A DNA stretch of 64,000 bases. Origin: Promethearchaeota archaeon (GTDB lineage: Archaea; Asgardarchaeota; Lokiarchaeia; Sigyniarchaeales; SOKP01). The DNA lies in the NCBI GenBank assembly GCA_019057795.1, contig JAHLWS010000075.1, positions 32,001 to 96,000 on the forward strand, in the 5' to 3' direction. Made by a program: the position numbers and the translations under genes. Shown one piece after another: positions 51,186 to 60,202 of the stretch. The notes under the pieces are model-generated. The model searched no databases, was not told the DNA's origin, and was given only the letters and a program-made list of their open reading frames with translations. Numbering within the stretch: position 1 is the stretch's first letter; each line of letters starts with the position of its first letter.

Positions 51186-51504
51186 TTAATTTTACAAAAT
51201 TATTTAGAAGAAGTGAAAATTTCAATATATTAAATAGGATTTTTTAAAAACTGGACTCCAATTTTTTTATATTCACATTCTTACTTCTATTAATTAACTA
51301 TTTATTTTTCAATTATAATTAGGTATTAACAATGTGGCTACACAGAGCGTTGGTCTGTTATGATAATCAGAAGTTCTGCGTTAATTTATCCACTTTTACT
51401 ACATTAAAAAATGTTTATTTACTAAAGATTGGAAAAATAAATTAATTATTTTCAAAAATTAATAAAATTAAATAAAATTATTAAATGTATAAGCGTGAAG
51501 TTAA

Positions 51505-53109
51505 ATGGATAAAACGTTATTCGTCTGCCGTTCTTGCGGGTATGGTTTTCCAAAGGAGTTATCTGAACTTATAGATAATAAAGTACAAGTTTACTGCGAA
51601 ATGTGCGGAACGCCTTTCTCTTTGGCGGGAATAAGATTTAAACAAGCTTCTGTAAAAAAATCAGAAAAATCGATTCCTATACTTTCCAGGTCTTCAATTA
51701 GGGGCAAGAGAAAATCTAAACTTGATAAAGCAATAAAAAAATTAAATAAATTTGATATTATTCCAATTGTTATCTTTTCAATCTTAGTTATAATTTTAAA
51801 TTTAATCTTTATATTTGCTGGAATTAATCAATTAATTAGTTCTTATTTAATTGTAGGTAGTGGCGTATTAATTATTATATATGACTCAAAGTATATTTCC
51901 CCAAAAATTAAATCGGATAGTTATGATGACATTGCATTAGATGCAATTTGTTATGGGATCTTAGGTTGTATTATTTACGGCACTGGTGCAATACTTTTGA
52001 TTAAAGGGATATTGATTTTTATATACTCAATTCAAAACCACGAAAGCAACAATCATAAAGCTTATAATTTTGGTCTTAAACTAAAAAATTCAATAAACAA
52101 TTTTTCAGCAAAAGCAGGTTTCGTAATCGTATTACTTGTGCTTTATGGAACATTCTCTGGTCGTATTGATGTTTTCTTCTTAAGATTCCAAGAAGAACTT
52201 CTTAATTTCAGTAATTTGCCACTTTTAGTTATAATAGGTATATTATCTGCAATCGCAGCAATTATTATAATACCTATTAGTGTCTTAATAATAGATTTAA
52301 AGTTAAGGGCTAAAATTCACGAGAAGCGAGAGTTTACAGGTCGTGACGCGCTTCAAACATTCATTTTGGGAGCAATAGGTACTGCTTTCTTGAATATAGG
52401 GATCTTTATTTTGTTAAAGTCGATTTTATTGTTTTTGCTTTTTGTAGGAAAACCAATCGATTTAATTGAAAAACCTAAATTAAAAGGAGAAGAAATTGAA
52501 ATCATTCCAGCTCAAAAAGTAGAACCAATAGAAGCAGTTGTTAAAAAAGAAGAGCTACAATTGGTAGAAACAGATAATGTACCCCCAGAACCGAAACTTC
52601 AGGCAATTAGTGCTAAAAAAGAGCTTCCGTCAGAAGAAGAGGAAGAAGTTAAAGTTATTGAGGAGGCACATAAAAAAGAAAAAGTTGAAGAATTACCTCC
52701 CAAATTAAAAGAAATAAAAAAGAAAGAGAAAGAAATTAAATTAAGACTTCACGAGTCGCTTTTACCGGTAAAAAACGAGAAGGATAGGAAGGTAGTAAAG
52801 GAGTACTTTTCAAAAATATTTAATATCATCTCCAAAGATTTGAGAAAACAAATATTAGAACTTGAAATACCTAAAAAACAACGAAAAGAAATATTAAAAG
52901 AATTAGCTTTCTTAGCTGAGGAGGAACAACTGAAGTACATCGGAGCGTTGAGAAATTTATACGAGACTATTCCAAAGAAATTGATCGAGAGAATACGTAA
53001 GCTTCAAAACGTTAAACCACAGTATTATGATAAAATAGTGGAAGAGTTGAAATATTTGGATAGCGAGGAACAAATAGAATTTGTAATATTTTTAGAGAAA
53101 AACGCCTAA
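51505..53109 (+). CDS. Membrane protein with N-terminal Zn ribbon and charged cytoplasmic tail
   Basis: CRSCG and CEMCG motifs, ~6 TMs, Glu/Lys-rich linker. Confidence 0.7.
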   Translation: MDKTLFVCRSCGYGFPKELSELIDNKVQVYCEMCGTPFSLAGIRFKQASVKKSEKSIPILSRSSIRGKRKSKLDKAIKKLNKFDIIPIVIFSILVIILNLIFIFAGINQLISSYLIVGSGVLIIIYDSKYISPKIKSDSYDDIALDAICYGILGCIIYGTGAILLIKGILIFIYSIQNHESNNHKAYNFGLKLKNSINNFSAKAGFVIVLLVLYGTFSGRIDVFFLRFQEELLNFSNLPLLVIIGILSAIAAIIIIPISVLIIDLKLRAKIHEKREFTGRDALQTFILGAIGTAFLNIGIFILLKSILLFLLFVGKPIDLIEKPKLKGEEIEIIPAQKVEPIEAVVKKEELQLVETDNVPPEPKLQAISAKKELPSEEEEEVKVIEEAHKKEKVEELPPKLKEIKKKEKEIKLRLHESLLPVKNEKDRKVVKEYFSKIFNIISKDLRKQILELEIPKKQRKEILKELAFLAEEEQLKYIGALRNLYETIPKKLIERIRKLQNVKPQYYDKIVEELKYLDSEEQIEFVIFLEKNA

Positions 53110-53135
53110 TAATTAAAAAAAGACTTTCTTAAAAA

Positions 53136-54038
53136 ATGTCGCTTGAAAAAAGAAGAGAAACTGGAGAAAAAAGAAAAATGAAAGAGTTAGAAGCAAGTTC
53201 ATTTAGGCGTTTAAATTTCGCTCCTTTACAAGATGTTAAAACAGTAAAAAAACCAAAAATAGCAGAACAAGAAAAGTTAATCGAGGAATTAACTGAAGTA
53301 GAGAAGGATGTTTTAGAAATAGCCAAAATAATTTTAAAATTAAAAAGATACGACGCTGATTTTGATATCGAAGTCGCTTCTGAAGCAGAATTGCAGAAAT
53401 TTCCCATAATTGAAAAGTTATACGCAAAGAGCATAGCAAAACTTGCGTATAAGAAAGGTTATAGCAAAGAAGAAATATTCTTGGCTATTAGAAGTTTAGA
53501 AGAAAAGAGTTGGATTGTAACCAACGAAAGAAGAACCAAGTTAGAGATTCTAAATAACGAGAAACTATCAAAAATTCTTAACTTCATAAAAAATAATCCC
53601 GGAGTTCACGCTAGAGATGGGAAAATCGAAGAAGAATTAAGCATTACAAGAACCCCATTTTTAAAACATATAATGACATTAGAACGATTTAAACTTATTA
53701 GATCAAAAAAAATAGGAAAATCTTTGCATTATTTCTTGGTTGATGTTCCCGAGGATTACGATAAGTATAAGGTGATATTTTTAAACCCCTTAATCCCAAA
53801 ATTAATTGAGGAAATTTTTAAAGATGAGAGTATTGCCATTTCAAAAATAGGAGAAATTCTTGATGTTTATTCTGGAACAATTCAATATCACATGAAAAAG
53901 TTAAAAGATTTGGATTTAATAAAGTCTATTAAGAATAAACAAAATCAAAAAATACATTTGGTTAATATTGAACTACTCAAAGAGTTTAACGAGTTTTTCA
54001 AAGAACCTAACTTTTCTAAATTATTACAAGGTTTATGA
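53136..54038 (+). CDS. Multi-winged-HTH transcriptional regulator
   Basis: KILNFIKNNPGVH, KHIMTLER and GTIQYHMKKL motifs. Confidence 0.75.
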   Translation: MSLEKRRETGEKRKMKELEASSFRRLNFAPLQDVKTVKKPKIAEQEKLIEELTEVEKDVLEIAKIILKLKRYDADFDIEVASEAELQKFPIIEKLYAKSIAKLAYKKGYSKEEIFLAIRSLEEKSWIVTNERRTKLEILNNEKLSKILNFIKNNPGVHARDGKIEEELSITRTPFLKHIMTLERFKLIRSKKIGKSLHYFLVDVPEDYDKYKVIFLNPLIPKLIEEIFKDESIAISKIGEILDVYSGTIQYHMKKLKDLDLIKSIKNKQNQKIHLVNIELLKEFNEFFKEPNFSKLLQGL

Positions 54039-54044
54039 CTTTGT

Positions 54045-54923
54045 TTAAACTAAAGTGTGTTGTATTTTTGGAAGGGTTTTTATTAAAATTTTAATTGCGT
54101 TATCAACCCCAACCACCATATCAGGATGAATTTCGTTTGAATTAAGTAGATCAAACTGAGGATGGCCTGGTAAATCTGATACTGAAAGAATTGAAGCTGT
54201 TTTTAAGTTATAGAGTTGACCTAGCAAAAATAAAATCGAAGATTCCATATCGATTGCTTTGATATTGATTGATTTTAATGCTCGCATAAAATCAAATGTT
54301 TCACAAAATAACGCATCTGTCGTCCAAAGAAGTACTTCTTTTGCTTTTTTAGGATTAAAAGCACGAGATTCTTTGATTAATAAATCCTTTAAAATTTCAT
54401 TTGGTTTTGAAATAAAAATAGTGTGATTTCCTGCAATTACATTTTGAAAAGTAGATAAAGGATTACTTATTGATTCCAGTTGATTTAATAACGTTTGATT
54501 AGCTCTAATATATTGAGGGGTCGTTCCATCATCGCAGTAAGCCAATTTTGGGACCACAACATCGCCAATATCAATACCGGTATTCTCTCCATAAATACCT
54601 CCGCAAAAATCCACTCTAACAATAATTTTTGCTTTAGAACGTTTCAAACTTTCTATTGTAAGCGCTGCGTTTGGACATCCTACTTGAGAACGAATTACAC
54701 TTACTCTAATTCCGTTTAATATTCCATTGTAAACTTTACCATGAACAACCTTATTTTGTAACTTATTAACTAACTTTTTCATTACTATCTTAACTGCGGG
54801 CATTATAACAATCTCATTAATGTTTGAAGAGCTAGTTTCTAATATCATTCTCACTATCTTGTCATCAACGCTGATGAATTTCAACCCCAAATTTAGCATT
54901 TGGCTTTTTATTTTATTTAACAT
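54045..54923 (-). CDS. Purine/uridine nucleoside phosphorylase family protein
   Basis: VGCPNAA, DDGTT, WTTDALF and AIDMESS motifs. Confidence 0.8.
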   Translation of the reverse strand: MLNKIKSQMLNLGLKFISVDDKIVRMILETSSSNINEIVIMPAVKIVMKKLVNKLQNKVVHGKVYNGILNGIRVSVIRSQVGCPNAALTIESLKRSKAKIIVRVDFCGGIYGENTGIDIGDVVVPKLAYCDDGTTPQYIRANQTLLNQLESISNPLSTFQNVIAGNHTIFISKPNEILKDLLIKESRAFNPKKAKEVLLWTTDALFCETFDFMRALKSINIKAIDMESSILFLLGQLYNLKTASILSVSDLPGHPQFDLLNSNEIHPDMVVGVDNAIKILIKTLPKIQHTLV

Positions 54924-55097
54924 TTTAGTTCGAAAAAATTTAAATCCATTTTCAATTATATTTTATATTTCGCTTGGTAATTTTTCTTAAAAATTATATT
55001 TGTTAAAGAAATTGTTAATACTCAAAATGTTTAAATATTTAAATATGCGTTTGTGAAATATTCAATTCTGTTAAAATAATATTGTAAGTGAAATAAA

Positions 55098-55307
55098 TTG
55101 GTGATTATAAGAAGTAAAATAATTTTTATAGTAATTTTTATAACCTGCTTGATTGGTGGAATTGCCCTTGCGATATATGGATATAGGATATTGGCGCAAT
55201 GGAATGTAAGTGGCATGCTTTATTTTGCTGGTGGTATAATAATTATAATCTTCACCGTGATTGTTGGCATTTATGCTTTTGTAAGATTGCGTAGAGAATG
55301 GTGGTAA
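55098..55307 (+). CDS. Small two-TM membrane protein
   Basis: Two TM segments and a basic C-terminus. Confidence 0.55.
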   Translation: MVIIRSKIIFIVIFITCLIGGIALAIYGYRILAQWNVSGMLYFAGGIIIIIFTVIVGIYAFVRLRREWW

Positions 55308-55342
55308 CTAACTGGGTAATTCAGCTTCATTTAGGAAGCCTC

Positions 55343-55648
55343 TTGATTATCGAATAACTATTAGACCAATTAAGGAAAGATTTGAACATAGACGATCATT
55401 TTGCACAGTTGAAGGATTTATCGGATAAAATGGATTAATTAGAGACAGCTTGGAAAATTTCTCTTTTTACATGTTCCTTGTGCGGCTCTCGAACGAGCGA
55501 CATGCCCTTTAATACACATTTTAAACGGTGGTTTTGCGTTAATTCTTATAAAGAGAATCACGAGTTCTATGAAAACAAGGCAAGAGAAGGAAGAATATGG
55601 AACGCCGAAGATGCTTATCGAACACCATCTACTAAATGGTATCCTTAG
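55343..55648 (+). pseudogene. Disrupted small Zn-finger-like gene
   Basis: One frame reads LIIE*LLDQLRK...KMD*LETAWKISLFTCSLCGSR...RWFCVNSY...WYP*, with two internal TAA codons. Confidence 0.5.
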
Positions 55649-55857
55649 TAAAGGTACACACAGTCGAGTGTAACTGATTGGATATCTATATCCGAGAAAA
55701 TAGAATTTAAATTTTTTTTTAATTATATTTTATAAGTCGCTTGCTAATTACTAAGCTACTTATATTTCTAAATAATAATTTTTAATATCTTAAGTAAATA
55801 CATTTACCTATAATTATAAACTACTAAAATTCGAAGAAATAATAGTGGCACTCAGAT

Positions 55858-57147
55858 ATGAAAAACCAATACATTGTTAATAATAAAATTACAAACGATT
55901 TTGTTGAAAAATACACAAAAACGACATATCGTATAATAGGTAGGAATAAGCACACTGCAATTAAACCTTGTCATTGGTTAGAACAAAAATTATTAACAGG
56001 TAGAGATAATCGAAATTGTTATAAAGGAGTTTTTGGAATTCAAAGCCACAGATGTTTACAAAATACTCCTTCTATGCCGTTCTGCAACCATCAATGCGTA
56101 TTTTGTTGGAGAGACATTGAATTAGGAAGTTTGGGCAGTGAATTTATTGTTGAGCCGGACGAACCAAAAGATCTAGTTGATGAAATGATCCGCCACCAGC
56201 GTGATATTATAAAAAATCATTTGCCGTTAAGAAGATATCTTGAAAATTACGAAATTATGGTGGACACGCTCAATTTTATGTTATCGAATGATGATAATTA
56301 TAATATAAATTCACTTTCCAGAAACCTTCATGTAAGTAAAAACAAGGTTGACCGCGCTGTTAATTTACTAAAAAATCAAAAATTTATTACGGCTACAGAT
56401 GATTCTTTGAAAAATTATAGAGTCGAGAAAGAGATTTCCTGCTGTATTGATTCACGAGATGAAATAATAAAGTTATTCAATTTAGCATTAACGACTCCTG
56501 ATGAGATAATGCAAGTTCATGGCGAAGCCATGAATCCAAATCACGCCGCAATATCACTTGATGGTGAACCGCTATTATATCCCAAAATAGGCGGATTGGT
56601 TGAAGAATTCCGGAATCGCAACATGACGTCATTTATTGTAACTAACGGAACGCTACCAGAAATGATTGAAAGTTTAAATTCATTACCTTCCCAACTGTAT
56701 ATAACCTTACCTGCACCAAACGAGACGGTGTATAAAAAAGTTTGCCGCCCTATGATTAAAAATGGGTGGGGTAAAATATTAGACACCTTAGATTTAGTTG
56801 AAAGTTTATCTTGTAGAAGCTTAGTAAGAATAACAGCTGTAAAAAACTTAAATTTATCTGAAAATTACATAAAGGACTATATTAAATTAATTGATAAAGC
56901 TAATCCAAATTTTTTTGAAATAAAAGGATTTACATTACAAGCAAAAGCGCTCATGATCAACGAAAGGCTAAAAAGCGATAAAAAACTCCAATATTACTTC
57001 CCAGAATATGAATATTTAGAAGAATTAGCTCTAAAATTCGAAGAGATTGGAAATTTTCCTTTAATATACACAAATAAGGCAAGTAGGGACTTTTTGTTTG
57101 CCGTAAATTGGGATAAAGACAAAGACCCAAAAATAACAACTCTATAA
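55858..57147 (+). CDS. taw1: 4-demethylwyosine synthase Taw1/TYW1 (radical SAM)
   Basis: HTAIKPCHW, CYK, SHRCLQ.TP, CNHQCVFCWR, AAISLDGEP and VTNG motifs. Confidence 0.93.
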   Translation: MKNQYIVNNKITNDFVEKYTKTTYRIIGRNKHTAIKPCHWLEQKLLTGRDNRNCYKGVFGIQSHRCLQNTPSMPFCNHQCVFCWRDIELGSLGSEFIVEPDEPKDLVDEMIRHQRDIIKNHLPLRRYLENYEIMVDTLNFMLSNDDNYNINSLSRNLHVSKNKVDRAVNLLKNQKFITATDDSLKNYRVEKEISCCIDSRDEIIKLFNLALTTPDEIMQVHGEAMNPNHAAISLDGEPLLYPKIGGLVEEFRNRNMTSFIVTNGTLPEMIESLNSLPSQLYITLPAPNETVYKKVCRPMIKNGWGKILDTLDLVESLSCRSLVRITAVKNLNLSENYIKDYIKLIDKANPNFFEIKGFTLQAKALMINERLKSDKKLQYYFPEYEYLEELALKFEEIGNFPLIYTNKASRDFLFAVNWDKDKDPKITTL

Positions 57148-57171
57148 TAACGTAAAAAAGAGTTTTAAAAC

Positions 57172-57801
57172 TTAATTTTCTAGGTGTGTATTTATAGTGC
57201 GTTTCAATTTGTCTAAATTTGTTTTCTTTAACGCAGAGAATTCTAAATAGGGCGTTTTAGAGCGATCGTTAGAGATTTTCTCGTTTACATGAATTAAATT
57301 TAGTCCATATTCCTTAGCGGTATTAATAAATAAAGAGATTATTCTCTTCTTATCAAAAACTGAGATTTTATCGATTTTATTCAAGATAACTAAAAGAGGG
57401 ATGTCAAATTCTTTTAAAAATTTAATTAATTCAAATGTTAACGGAATTGTAATTTGACTTTGAAAGTGATATTTTTTTAACTCATCTTCAATTCTTAAAA
57501 TGCTTACTATTACTAAACCAAAAAAGTATTTGTTATGATGCTTTTCGATGTGAACAACTAATTGCTTCTTTATATGTTCCTCTCTGCGTCGGCTAGGACT
57601 TTTCATATAACCAAAACCAGGCAAATCTAAAATGTCGTACGGCATTTGAGGTATCTTTATAGCCTTAATTAGTAAAGTGCTTCCTGGCCGTTTGCCAGTT
57701 TTTCCTTTGAACTTTCTCGGATTTGGAAGCAAAAGTTTGGTAACTGAGCTCTTTCCTACATTACTATTCCCAATAATTAAAAGAGAGGGTTTATCTGCCA
57801 T
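57172..57801 (-). CDS. engB: EngB/YihA-like GTP-binding protein
   Basis: GNSNVGKSS, KRPGST, DLPGFGY, NKIDK and FSA motifs. Confidence 0.82.
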   Translation of the reverse strand: MADKPSLLIIGNSNVGKSSVTKLLLPNPRKFKGKTGKRPGSTLLIKAIKIPQMPYDILDLPGFGYMKSPSRRREEHIKKQLVVHIEKHHNKYFFGLVIVSILRIEDELKKYHFQSQITIPLTFELIKFLKEFDIPLLVILNKIDKISVFDKKRIISLFINTAKEYGLNLIHVNEKISNDRSKTPYLEFSALKKTNLDKLKRTINTHLEN

Positions 57802-57841
57802 GATTGTTACCCATTATTTATTATAAATATATTGAAGAATT

Positions 57842-58759
57842 CTATATATCAAGAAATTCGTCTTTTAGAAAATCTGTGTACATTTTTTTCTTTTCTTCTT
57901 CTTTTAGAATAGGCCTTGTACTGATAGGTTCTCCAACTTTTTCTAAAATTTCTCTGATGCCTTTTATTCCAATATTAATTTTGAATTTACCTCCTTTCAT
58001 ATATTTTACAACTTGCTTATCATTTAGAGTAAGTCTCAAAATGTAACCTAGTCCAAAATAGAATTGATTTTCCGGGATGGGATCAATGGGGCTTTTGCTC
58101 GTAACTTCTTTCAGCATATCATAAAGCAACGCTTTACTCACGAAACTATCTTCTGCTTGATAAACTAAATAATAAAGAGAGTGGTACCAAATTTTATCGC
58201 GTTTATTCTTAACACGCTCTAAAAATTTTTCTGGAGTTATAATTTCCTTCGCTTTTTCTTTTTTCCGCTCTATAAGTTCTAGTTTGATACGTTCTTCTAA
58301 TTCTGAAGATACACCTCTGCTAACGGGAGTTTGGAGAATATTTTCCCCCGTTACTTGGCTATCTTCTTGTTTTACTGTTTCTATAGCTTTTTGCATATCC
58401 TGAAGCTCATCAAAATCGATTTCTTCAAGATCAGAGAAATCGCTAATCATTGCTTCCTTTTGTGCTAAGTAATCTTCGCGTTCATTTGTTTGGAGCTCAG
58501 ATCTAATTAAATCAAGTTCTTTTGATATTCCCTCTTCAATAGCTTCTTCGTTTTCTAAGGACTCAAGTTCTTTAACTTTTGCTATTGCTTCTTGCATTTC
58601 TTTTAATTCGTCGAGGTCTAGATCTTCCAAATCAGAAAAGTCAGTTTCGAGATTTTTCATATCTGATAAATAGGTTTCTAAATCATCTTGGTCTTGTGTT
58701 GACTCTTGTTTATCATCATTGCTTTTTTCTTCGTTCTGCTTTTCTTGATCTTCGGTCAT
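57842..58759 (-). CDS. Acidic hypothetical protein with an internal duplicated motif
   Basis: DFSDLE.(L/I)D.DEL..MQ.AI..VK occurs twice. Confidence 0.8.
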   Translation of the reverse strand: MTEDQEKQNEEKSNDDKQESTQDQDDLETYLSDMKNLETDFSDLEDLDLDELKEMQEAIAKVKELESLENEEAIEEGISKELDLIRSELQTNEREDYLAQKEAMISDFSDLEEIDFDELQDMQKAIETVKQEDSQVTGENILQTPVSRGVSSELEERIKLELIERKKEKAKEIITPEKFLERVKNKRDKIWYHSLYYLVYQAEDSFVSKALLYDMLKEVTSKSPIDPIPENQFYFGLGYILRLTLNDKQVVKYMKGGKFKINIGIKGIREILEKVGEPISTRPILKEEEKKKMYTDFLKDEFLDI

Positions 58760-58908
58760 TTAGATCACATCCAATCTAATTAATTCTCAAAATACCTATA
58801 ATATTAATAATAACCTTTAATTCTTTAAATGTTAAGATTTGTATATATAAATAATTTGAAACATTTTATTAATAATAATTAAATAAAGACATATTTTCAC
58901 ATAATATT

Positions 58909-59469
58909 ATGTCAAACGAAGAAAAAGAGTATAAATTTAAAATTACGGTAATAGGTAATGGTGGCGTCGGAAAAACAACTTTAGTTAAAAAGTATACTAC
59001 TGGATCATTTCAAAAGGATTATATCGCTACTCTAGGCGCTCAGTTCTCAAAATACGAAGAGATTATAGAAGGGAACCAAATTAGTTTATTCATATGGGAT
59101 ATTGCAGGTCAAGATGTTTTTGAAACAATGCGTAGTAAGTTTTATAATGGAAGTAGTGCTGCAATTATAGTGTTTTCTCACGCACCAGAAGAAATAACGA
59201 GTTTTAATCACGTTGATAAATGGCTTAAAGAACTTAATGAATATTGTGGAAATATTCCAATTGCATTATTTGGAAATAAGATCGATTTAATTGATGAGAA
59301 AGATTTAGCTCTAAACGAGGATAAATTAAATTCTGATTTCAACGTTGGAAAATATTCGAAGGATCATAAATTCATTGGATATTTTAAAACAAGCGCTTTA
59401 ACAGGTCAAGGTGTTATTGAAGCATTTCAAAAGTTAGTTAGAGACCTTTACTTTAAAACTACTATATAA
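58909..59469 (+). CDS. Rab-like small GTPase (tandem paralog 1)
   Basis: GNGGVGKT, WDIAGQ, NKID and TSA motifs. Confidence 0.93.
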   Translation: MSNEEKEYKFKITVIGNGGVGKTTLVKKYTTGSFQKDYIATLGAQFSKYEEIIEGNQISLFIWDIAGQDVFETMRSKFYNGSSAAIIVFSHAPEEITSFNHVDKWLKELNEYCGNIPIALFGNKIDLIDEKDLALNEDKLNSDFNVGKYSKDHKFIGYFKTSALTGQGVIEAFQKLVRDLYFKTTI

Positions 59470-59608
59470 TTTAAATTCCCTTATTTTTTTATTCAACAAA
59501 TCTATACTCTTGAACACTGAAGCAACGTATTAATATTTCTTTTTGTGAAGATTTAAAAAATTCAATTATTACTAATTAAAAAAGTAAGAAATTATTTTAC
59601 AAAATATT

Positions 59609-60163
59609 ATGTCTGAAAAAGCTTTTGGATTTAAAATAATTATTATAGGTGCTCCGGCCGTCGGGAAAACATCGTTAATTAGAAAGTATACTACTGATTC
59701 ATTTCAGAAAAGTTATATCTCTACTTTGGGGGCTCAGTTTTCGAAATATGAAGAAGAGATCGATGGTGAAAAAGTCGAATTGTTTATTTGGGACATAGCG
59801 GGTCAAGATAGTTTTAATGTAATGCGGCAAAAGTTTTATACCGGAAGTAGTGGCGCCATCGTTGTCTTTTCTCACGCTCCAGAACAAACTACAAGTTTTA
59901 ATCTTGTTGATAAATGGCTCAATGAACTTAGAGAACATTGTGGAAACATTCCAATTGCGCTATTTGGTAATAAAATCGATCTTATTGATGAAAACGATTT
60001 AACATTGAATAAAGATAAAGCAACTTCAGATTATAATGTTGGAAAATATGTAATCGATAATAGATTTCTTGGGTATTTTAAAACTAGCGCCTTAACAGGC
60101 CAATGTGTAATTGAAGCGTTTCAAGTTTTAGTTAGGAAGCTTTATTTAAAAGCTAAAATGTAA
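59609..60163 (+). CDS. Rab-like small GTPase (tandem paralog 2)
   Basis: GAPAVGKT, WDIAGQ, NKID and TSA motifs. Confidence 0.93.
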   Translation: MSEKAFGFKIIIIGAPAVGKTSLIRKYTTDSFQKSYISTLGAQFSKYEEEIDGEKVELFIWDIAGQDSFNVMRQKFYTGSSGAIVVFSHAPEQTTSFNLVDKWLNELREHCGNIPIALFGNKIDLIDENDLTLNKDKATSDYNVGKYVIDNRFLGYFKTSALTGQCVIEAFQVLVRKLYLKAKM

Positions 60164-60202
60164 TTAAAAATAATAAAAAAGAAACAGAAATAATAAAAAA
60201 TT

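Noticed and set aside
51355-51390. SECIS element (ATGA...AA)
   Set aside because: There is no 3' GA quartet partner and no nearby gene with an in-frame TGA.
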